64,000 nucleotides of DNA from positions 33,733,667-33,797,666 of the forward strand of contig JARDVH010000128.1 in assembly GCA_030324005.1 (NCBI GenBank), read 5' to 3'. Below are positions 54,258 through 64,000 of this stretch, piece after piece. How positions within the stretch are numbered: the stretch's first letter is position 1; each line of letters begins with the position of its first letter. A model generated the notes under the pieces. It did not search any database. It worked only from the letters and a program-made list of their open reading frames with translations, and was not told where the DNA came from. Source of the DNA: Negaprion brevirostris (Eukaryota). The position numbers and the translations under genes are program-made.

Positions 54258-55157
54258 CATGTAGGGATAACAGATTAGCATAGATAAATAATTGGTGAGT
54301 TAGCAGTAAAGTTGGGATAAATGGGTCTTTTTTGGATTGAAAACTTTAACAGGTGAAGTGTCACAAGGATCAGTGTTGGGGATCCACAATTTATAATCTC
54401 TATCAATGACGTGGAGGAAGGAACCAAATGTATAGTAGCTAAAAAGGAGATAAAGATTCTATAAAGGGACAGATATAGGAGAGAGGGGCAAAACTGAACT
54501 TGTGTATTCGTGTCTGTAAACAGATTTTTTTGTTGTTTTAAAGAATAGAATATGGCACTTATTTGAAAACACCTTTGTTTGTGTAGCCAATTCTTAAAAT
54601 TACTCTTGGCAAAGTCCCTTAGTATTAAATCAGAAGTTTGGTTTATTCGCACATTCAAATCAGAGGAGAAGTGGGTGGTAATTGCAATATCACACACATA
54701 CAATTACAGACTAAGAGGATAAGAAGGAGGTGTTTTACAATTATGGATAACCGTAAAAAGAACCACAGAAATAGATGTCAGTTCATTTGACTGCCAAAGT
54801 TCAGAATGTCCAAATCCGGTTGGGGTTCCATCATGGAGAAATTCCAGTTCAGTCAGGTTTCAAGCTGAAGGCAGAAGTGCACGATTCCTCCAAAGATGAT
54901 TGGGATGCAGTGAAATGAGATTGATATTCTGGGATTTTTGTCTGCTTGGCAGGCAGTGGCTTCCAGATGAATAGGCTTAGAGGACAGCTTGTTGCAGACT
55001 GCTTAGCCAGCTTGGGGTCTGCTGTTGTATTTTTGCAGGTTGGAGCTAAATCAATACACCACCCTGTTTCCGAGTTCTCAACAGTATATGGAGATTTCAA
55101 CATGGTCACAAGTCATGTGGCTTCCTTCCTCCACAGTGATTTCATAAAAGGTTGTTT

Positions 55158-55454
55158 ACTTGATGTCTGGATCTGGCATTTGTTTGGTAACTTAGATGCC
55201 CCGATTATTTGCCTCTGAAAGAGTCATTATCCACACTGATGGCGCTGTTCTTAGTAGCTATTGTCTTAGTAGACCGTTAGAGGGGTGAGCTTTTAAAGAT
55301 GCAAAAGACGCCCTTTTCCCTTTAGTAGTTCCTTTTGGAAATGAGCCTCAATAGTCCGCGTGTGAAATTCCATGAGAAACAATATGTCAGGGCATGTTTC
55401 CAATGCAAGCTATATAATGCCTTAGCGTTCATTTTATAAATCCAGACATCAAGT
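55158..55454. mobile_element. About 300-bp element with perfect 15-bp terminal inverted repeats
   Basis: acttgatgtctggat (55158-55172) and atccagacatcaagt (55440-55454). Confidence 0.6.
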
Positions 55455-57962
55455 GACTTGTGGCAACCGTCTTTTGGTTCAGAAAAGTTAATTTTTAGAT
55501 GAGAAAAAAAACAAAGTTCTATTTACATTGTTTATGATTGCTATCATGTCTTAGGGACATGTCAACAGGAAGACTAGAAAACAGTATACTACTTATTTGG
55601 AGAGAATGCAAAACTTTATAATACAGAGGGATCCAGGGTCATTTAATTCACAAAATGTTAGCATGCAGATATAATAAATGATTAAGAAGGTAAGTGGAGT
55701 CTGTGTTTATTGCAAGGGGAATAGAATATAAAAGTAGATAAGTTTTACTGCAGCTGCAGAGGGCCTTGATGAAACATCTGGAATACTGTACCCAATTTTG
55801 GACCCCTTATTTACGAATATAATTACATTAGCAGTTCAGAGAAGGTTCACTGGACTCATTCCTGGAAGGAGTTACCTAATGAAGAAAGGTTGAACTGAGT
55901 GGAATTTAGGAACCTGAAATTTTGTTGAAACAAAAAAATCTTGAGAAAATTCGATGGGATCAATGCCAGGCAGGTGTTTTCTCTTGTGGCAAAGACTTGA
56001 ACTCAGGTGACATTGTTTAAAAATAAGAAATCTTCTTTTTAAAGATGGAGATGAGAAAATACTTTTTCTCTTAGGAGGTTGTTAGTCTGTGGAACTCACT
56101 TCCCAAAAAACAGAGGAGGCTGGATCATTGAAGTTATTCAAGGCTGGGTTAGACAGACTTTTGATAGAGAGGGGGAGGGCAGACAGGAAGTTGTCTTGTG
56201 GAGTTGAGACCACAATTAAATCAGTCACCATCTTATAGAAAGTTGGGAAAGATACTCAGGACCGAATGGCCTGCTCCTACTCCCAAGTCTTGTTCCAATG
56301 CACGTTTTTCCCATGCATGTTGGCTTCAACAATAACAGGGAACCCAGTTATTTTGTTTCTGCATCATAAAACGTAAATATCACATTCATCAGTTAAATCT
56401 TTTATTTGACCTCTAATTCCTCTTTTGAGCATACTGGATGCTATTAGGTCATGGTTTTACTGAAACCAACCATCCTCAAGTGCCAACACCTACATGCCAT
56501 TCCTTCACATCCAAGCCTCAATTGAACATGCTGGCAAGCTTTTGGATTTCAGCCTAAACCTGTCTCTAGTCAAAACAGACTTGAAGTTGCAGCTTTGAAA
56601 CATCACTGCCTTTTAATTGCAGTAGTCAATGAAGTAACTAGTGAATTTCTCACTATTTGACTAGAGAACTGCTAATGGGATTGACCTATTTATCAGCCTG
56701 CTAACAGATCTAATGCTACAGTTTTGACATGCAATTTTAGCAGTGACAATTCTGACATAAGGAATAGTCCGGTAAATTCTTCAGGCATATAAATCAACTT
56801 GGAAAGTAGCACACAGTTTTTAATTGGAGCTAAGGAACCTAGAGAAAAACAAGAATGATGAGAGAAGAAGAGTACTGAAGAAATAAAAGACACAAAGTCA
56901 TAAATTAAGTGAGGGAATAAAGACATACCATTCAGGCATACAAAGTAGCAGAGCGAAATGGTGTTAGAGCAAGATCATTAGGCACGAATTAGGCTACTGT
57001 AAATAATAGTATATGTAGCTATTTGTGATGCTTTTCAAAAACCTAAACACCATTTCCCCATATATAGAATATCCAGGAGAATATCTAGGTTTTTTGTACG
57101 AACATAAATCAATACCTTCTAAAAAGCAAAACACGGAATAATATTATTTCTGCTGAAATTGTCTCAGTTGTCCATTTCATCCTAAATTATTTTAAAAGCA
57201 AATTTTTCATTTACTCATCAAATTTGCTCCACTTTTATTCCTCAGTTTAGTTTTCCCAGGTTCATAGACAATTTAGCCAATATCATAGAATCCCGACAGT
57301 GCAAGAGGTCACTCAGCCCATCAAGCCTGCACTGACAACAATCTCACCCAGGTCCTAATCCTGCAACCCACACACTAACCCTGCCAATTGCCTGGATGCT
57401 GAGGGGAAATTCACCATGGCCAATCCAGCTAACCTGCACAACTTTAGACAACATGTTTACCTTAAATTATTTCAGTACATGTAATTTTTTTTGAATTTGA
57501 TTTTGTGAAAAATTCCTTGGATACACACAGTTGACAGAGGGATAAGCTGGTTGTTTTGTATCTTGGAAAACATTTCAAGAATTTTGTAGTTATTATGGTA
57601 CTTTCCCTTTACAGCTGATGATTTTCTAATATATTCATTGTGTCAAGTCACTTGTACAATGCCTAGGCTCCAAATTTAATTAGGTTTTTAAGTAGCTTTT
57701 CTGGACCTCAATAACTAGTCTTGGTAAGCAAACATTTTCTCTTAGCATACTTTAATTTTAGCTACACTCGTAGGAAAGCCAGTGGGAAATATGAAAAATT
57801 TAAATTTAGCCTGCGTGATGCTACACCATAGAAAGTGTGCTATGGGAAATGTTTCACGAGATCTAAAGATTCAGCATTCAAAATAATTTACGAAGGTTAA
57901 CAAAAAAAGCAATATTTTAATTTGAACATAGATGCACACTTCATTGTAGTCTGAAAGACAAG

Positions 57963-58290
57963 GGAGGCATGGTGGCACAGTGATTAGCACTGCAGCCTCA
58001 CAGCGCCAGGGACCCAGGTTCAATTCCGGTCTTGGGTGACTGCCTAAGTAGAGTTTGCACATTCTCCCCTTTACCTGGATGGGCTTCCTCTGGGTGCTTC
58101 AGCTTCCTTTCACACTCCAAAGATGTGTGGGTTAGATTGATTGGCCATATTAACTTGCCTCTTAGTGTCAGGGAGATGAGAAGGGTAAATACATGTGGTC
58201 ATGAGATCGGATTGGATAGTTGTTGATGCAGACTTGATGAGCCAAATGGCCTTCTTCTGCACTGTAGGGATTCTATGAATGATTCTGAAT
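57963..58290 (+). mobile_element. Full-length HE1-type tRNA SINE
   Basis: A box tggcacagtgattag, B box ggttcaattcc, body, and tail ctgcactgtagggattctatgaatgattc. Confidence 0.9.
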
Positions 58291-59804
58291 CATGTAAAAA
58301 CCTGCCCAGTATCATATTACATTTGACTGCAATTATACAATTCCCACACAGTGTAAAGTAGCATTAAGGCCATCTAACATTGTTGTTCCAGATTTGTTCA
58401 TAGTCTATGGGTATTCTGGAATGCAGTGCAATCAGGAACAAGAACAGATTAAATGCACAGGTCACTTCAGCTCGTGTAGAGCAACACAAAGACAACCACT
58501 AAGTTGACTAAAGAAAATTGACATGGAGTAACATGACTGGGAAGGCAATGCTATAATGCTATTCATATAGCATCTTCTATGCCTCCTTCTGCACTGTCGG
58601 GATTCTATGATTCAGGACCTCAGACATTGTTAAACACTTTACAGCCAATGACATCTTACTGAGGTGTAGTCATGCCTGGGAATCATATGTTCACACACAT
58701 GTGTACGCACAACTCAACATAGAAGGTATGGATTTGGCACTAGTCATTTATTTGCCACTACCATAGTGAGGTAATACAACTCTTGGAGATTATGCAAAGA
58801 ATGCCCCAGTATGTGAGTTAATTTAGTATGAATAATCTTTGTCCTTGCCCTTTACCCATTAAAGAATCAAAGGTGGACATCTGCCATAATATTAAGAGTA
58901 ACATCGTCAGAACTAAATCAATAATTGATCTAAAACCCCAGAACCCATTCCAAATCACCAAGCTTTTATTATTAGTGGTCCAACTAAAAATATGCACATG
59001 CATCTTCAAACTTTATTTTTGAAGAGATAATCACATCTTTAAAAACTTACTCACCCCCAAACAAGGAAGTTCTGGCAATTTGTTGGTCAAAATTGGTAAA
59101 AGAAATATTTTAATTGTCATTACTGCTAGATTGGTAAACACTGAGATAAATGAAATTAAAATATAGAGTTCCTGACAGGGAGGGAAGGAGCCAGAATGAG
59201 GGGAAAGAATATGTCAACATGTAATGGAAAACAAATGAAGATGAAAGGGCAGAAAACAGTTGCTGAAAGTTGTCCCATTGCCTATTACACATGAGCATTC
59301 TGGAAAATATCTCTTCACAGTTTGTTCCCCACATCTGTGGAATAAATGCTGCTCCACCATACTAGGCAATACAATTTCAGAACTGTATCAACTAATTGAT
59401 ACAGTCACTGCCATGGGTCAGATTTATTTTCATGGGGTCTTTTTTAGTTGTTATTTGGGAAGTTAAGTTTAAAGATAAAATAATTAGATAAATGAAACAA
59501 AAATAAGTTCTTCGTTTCCAACTACATTTGAACAGAAGTATTTTTGATTTTGTTTTAAGGAGGAAAGGAAGGAAAACCTTGTAAATTTGTTTACATAAAT
59601 TGACCATCCAATTTCTTAAATTCATTACAAGGCATACCACAGTGTCTACTGAAACTATTTCCGTGCTATCCACTTTTCTCTAAATGAGCTCCTTTTTTGT
59701 GCAGTCCCCTAATGTAACTGTCATATCCCTCAGCCTTTTCTCCCAACCAAAATGTACACATTTATTGTACTCCTCATGTAAAGGAAATGTCTTGGACCAG
59801 TTTA

Positions 59805-60107
59805 TCATAGAATCCCTACAGTGCGGGAGATGGCCATTTGGTCCATTGAGCCTGCACCGACAACAATCCTACCTAGGTCCTATCCCCGTGACCACAACCT
59901 GCTAGTCTCCCTGGCGCTGAGGCAACTTATTTTGGCCAATTAATCTAACCCGCACATCTCTGGAGTGTGGGAGTAAACTGGAGCACCAGGAGTAAACTCA
60001 GAGGGAGAACATGCAAACTCCTCAGATACAGTGACCCAAAACTGGAATTGAACTTGGGTCCCTGGTGCTGAGAGGCAGCAGTGCTACCACTGTATCACTG
60101 TGCCCCC
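59805..60107 (-). mobile_element. HE1-type tRNA SINE
   Basis: Reverse-complement homolog of 57963-58290. A partial copy also lies at 57283-57440. Confidence 0.85.
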
Positions 60108-63004
60108 CTGAATGGCAAAAGAACATTAGATAGAAAGCAGGTGGGTGAAAGAAACAAAGTGAAAATGAGTTTGGGCGTTGAGCTGAAAGAAGGAATCTAA
60201 AAAGGCCTTTTAAAGCACTGAGAGAAGTAAACAGAAATGATCAGAGGAGGAGTACTAGGGAGCAAACAGCATAATTGCTAAAATAACAAATGTGGAGTAG
60301 AATAAAGATACATGTCTGCTGTTAGATTAACAGATGGAGGACAGTTTACCATCTGATTTCCAAATGATATTCTTGTTTATGAATTCCCCCATAGCCTCTT
60401 CTCATCCACCTCCAGCCCAAGAACACTCCAAGATACATGCACTTCTCAATTCCTACCTCTTGTCCATCGTTGATTTTAATTCCTCCACTGTTGTCAGTTG
60501 TGCCTTCATCTGCTTAGGTCCTTATGCCCAAGAATTCCCCTCTTAAACCTCCCCATATTGCTTTCCTTCTTAAAACTTAGATCTGACTAAGCTTTTAGCC
60601 ATTTGCCTTAATACCTCCATTTGAGGCTTGGTTTTACTGTAAAGCGCCCTTGGACATTTTAATCACATTACTGATGCTACACAAATACAAATTTTTGTTT
60701 CACTTCTGAAGTCGACTGTTTATTGGTTGCAAGTTGCCCAGTTTATTCGACTTGTGCGAATAAAAGTTGAAGTCCATAGCAGGGCAATGAAGTTCAATAT
60801 AACCATCTTTTAAGGATAAGCCAACCATAAAAGTGATAGTTAGTAAACTTTGGCTCGCCTAAAGGTCTTTTGCTCAGAAGCAACTTTGTTGATTCGAGGT
60901 GAGCGTGCTGAGCGGCAAAACATTTAAGGTATTCAAGCCAAAATCTTAAAATACAGTAAATCATGACAAAAGCAATTCAGCCTATAAAAGCTCCTACAAA
61001 AACTTAACAAAACTGATGATGTCTGTAAACATGTATACANNNNNNNNNNATGTATACAGGAGATAATACAACATGAAATGGCAAGTTTGATTATATTTAC
61101 TGCATCCAATAATAATGTGCAGAAACATAATTTAGCACAACAGTAAAATCATCCATACCAGCAATTCCAACAGGCATTTAAGAATTACACCCTGAATTTC
61201 TGAACCAAGCTAACACTAATCCAAACTAGAGTAATCTCCACATAAAACAAGCATCCCTGCAGGTTAGGTTATGTGGCACCACAGAAAATAACTCAGTTTT
61301 CTGCTCGGGAAACTTTTTTTCAAAAAACAATGCTTAGCCTCAGTGACTATGCTTTCTCCCAGGTCCCACTTTGCCCCGCTGATCACTTTTTATACGTTTC
61401 TACAATTTCTGGTATTCAGGTCTGTTGACCCTTTCTTCCTACAGGACTGCCCCGTTTAATCTCACTCTTAATTTATTTGCTGGCACAAAACTCCCAACTC
61501 CCAAAAAAGTGACTGTGGGAGTAGTGAGGCGCGTAACAAGCTCAAGAGACCGGCACAGATCACTCCATTATTCTGACCATTACAAAACTTAAAATCTTTT
61601 GGGGAGAGTTCCACCCTGTATGTCAATAAAACTGTCTAACACAAAATAATGTGGATTTTTCCATGTTTATGTTTGGTTGATTGAAGACTTGCATCAAAAT
61701 AACTTTTCCTGTTAACACATATTCTTCCTGTCTCTTTATGGAACAAATTCTCCTCCTCATTACGCTGACCTGCTGGTCTGCAACAAATCCAAAGTACTAT
61801 GTCTATCCAGGATAATTTCAACTTTCTAATCCTTACAAAATTAACTTACTTTATTTCCTAGGCATCCTTGACATTTAGGTATGTATGATCTCCTTTTTTG
61901 GTCCACTCCTCTTTTTTATACAATTCAGCATTAAATTCATTNNNNNNNNNNTTCATTTTCATCCATCGAATTTAACCATGTTTCTGCTATTTCTACCACA
62001 TTCCCTACTATTACTTTTAACATTCCTACACTATTATAAGATTATCACCTTTCAAGTTTCCTCAAGTTTGGCCAATCTTGGTTTCTGACCCATATATCTC
62101 CCTGTATCTATACATATGAGTTCACTACCTTTTATCTAGTGTTGTGTTTCATTTGGGATCCTGTTTCCTAACTCCTCCAGCAGCCCCTCATTCACCTCCG
62201 GACCTGTCTATTTTAGTTAATTTTCTACTGGGATCCCCTTGTTCCTTGAAATTTATTTTGGTCTTTACTTGATTTAATTGTAACCTGTTTCTGCTCTACA
62301 AGCTATTTTTCTTTTGGATGGATTCTTAGTTAATACTGAAAGTAACAATGTTGTTCTCACATCACACTGCCAACCATATTGATTATCTCCTCAATTCTTC
62401 AGTGAGTTCCCCAACTTTCCTTAATACCAATAAACATCTTTGTGCCTTAACAGGCTTGGCTCTACATGGCTATTATTTCGTCCTAGGCGATTGCAGTACC
62501 ATAGAGTACATTTCATTATTATTTTGTTTATTAAAATACACATATCTACAAAACCATAGCATTTGATTCTGTACAAACATTTTCAGTTTTAACATTTGAT
62601 ACATTTTTCATAAAAATGGCATAAAGCTCAAGATCACAACAGATATTATTGGTGACATATTTACTTCGAGATATCAATAAACCTGTAAACCGAGATCTTA
62701 GTTCACTAGCAAAGCAAAAATATCAGTTAACATTTATGTTCACATGCCTACACTTTTAAAAGTTTCAAAAATGCAGTTCGGAAAGAATGAACAACAGTGT
62801 TTTCTACAGCATTATGTTTACTTGGCAGTATCACTATTCTGTCTGCATTATCTGTGGGAATATCACTGCCTGAAGCCTATAAGCAGTGCTTGGAACTGGA
62901 GGCTCCTCCTTGTAGTGGCAGGGTCCTTAAGCACAAAATGCAGTAAACAGCACACCTTAATGAATCACCAAATCTTCAGCAAATATTTAAAATTGAATAC
63001 TTAC

Positions 63005-63080
63005 CACTAACAGCTTTTTCATAATTTTTGCCCAAATTTACGAGATTCCGTAATCCTGGATTAAACTGTTCCATTACAGT
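63005..63080 (-). CDS. BAIAP2L1: BAIAP2L1/IRTKS coding exon 2 (76 nt), start of the IMD/I-BAR domain
   Basis: Minus strand ttttcttcag|ACTGTAATG...GTTAGTG|gtaagt translates [25 protein letters not shown]. This matches recalled human [30 protein letters not shown] better than BAIAP2 (TIMEQFNPSLRNFIAMGK). Phase 0 to 1. Confidence 0.96.
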
Positions 63081-64000
63081 CTGAAGAAAAAAGAATTTAA
63101 AGTAGAACTTAATTGTATTATGTTCACTATTTTTATAACAGCACAGCCCCTCGAAATGATGGGTGAGATTATTTGCATGACTTTGACCTATATCATGAAC
63201 TTGAATCTGAAAGAAACTTGGATTTACAAATGGGAACAATTCCAGAAGCATTGCTAAATGACCCACGCATATATGAAAATGAAAATAAGATTGAGTACCT
63301 GTATTCCAGTTATAAGCACAGGCGATACTTTGCAGTTTTCTGTAGTGGCAGCCAAAATTGCATTACCAAAGTAAAATGTTACCAATTTTTTGGTGCTGTA
63401 GTTACAAAGTTTAACTATTTTGAAGAAACATTTGCCACAGCAATCTTAAAGTGCTTAACACATTGTATCAACACAATTTTAATCCTTTAATGTCCCTAAA
63501 TAATAGTCGCCAAGGGGAAGAAACCTACAGGCCAACATATGCTGCTCACAAAGAATACCACAATGCATATTTTATTACTAGCTTCTGAATGAATTCTATA
63601 GTGACCTCAAACTGCTTCATTGGCATGCTGGTTGTAATTACTGCACCATAAATAACAAGATAGAACTGTTTATATAAAGTTTGGATATTCACAGGACATA
63701 TACCCCAAACTTTTAAACATTAGTTTCTGACAGAAGAAATAAGTGAGCAGTTCAATGTTACAAACTCTAGGCAGTGCCATTTAGTCAAAAAAAAAGAGAC
63801 AGGGTTGAATTGAGATTGCACCAGTTTCCATGATTTGATCTCCCTATCAATTCTCTTAGGCATCAATCATTTGGGTAATTTCCAGGCTGCTATTGAAATT
63901 GGGTTGGTTGGGGGCATGGGGAAAACTAATCCTCTGAATCAAAGTATCGTAAGAGTTTTACAGCATGGAAAGTGGCCCTTCGTGTCCACACCAGCCATCA

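Larger units (their letters stand above)
53120..56290 (+). mobile_element. One CR1/HER1 LINE broken by nested insertions
   Basis: Collinear RT pieces: WKIANVTHLFKKG and SRHGFVKG..CLTKL (53120-53522), VSQGSVLG...INDVEEGTKC (54260-54445), and the C-terminus plus UTR (55500-56290). Confidence 0.8.

Noticed and set aside
57963-58035. tRNA gene
   Set aside because: The A and B boxes belong to a SINE head that continues into the SINE body and recurs across the window.

Overview
AT-rich, repeat-dense vertebrate genomic DNA with N-gaps. The repeat families (HE1-type tRNA SINEs, Deu-domain SacSINE1-like SINEs, CR1/HER1, Rex1/Babar and RTE LINEs) point to an elasmobranch, probably a shark; this is an inference. 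The window is occupied by one minus-strand gene, BAIAP2L1 (IRTKS, I-BAR/IMD family). Five coding exons with canonical AG/GT boundaries (63005-63080, 42446-42532, 10385-10446, 9735-9806, 7629-7766; 76+87+62+72+138 = 435 nt) splice in frame to a 145-aa IMD segment. Exon 1 lies beyond the right edge, and I found no exon 7 before the left edge. The introns (20.5 kb, 32.0 kb, 0.58 kb, 1.97 kb) are filled with TE fossils: an internally deleted Gypsy element with two LTRs, a decayed PIF/Harbinger transposase, a spliced Harbinger-type Myb/SANT relic, many GGC..GATTTT-ended MITE-like elements, solo LTRs, LINEs and SINEs. I found no convincing new protein-coding system. The most unusual signals are (i) a gap-free 147-bp-arm inverted repeat at 23562-23894 with strand-biased transition mismatches and (ii) two locally templated insertions patched into old LINE copies (16573-16695 and 53533-53616). 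TE boundaries are approximate, and family calls come from recalled motifs, not database searches.
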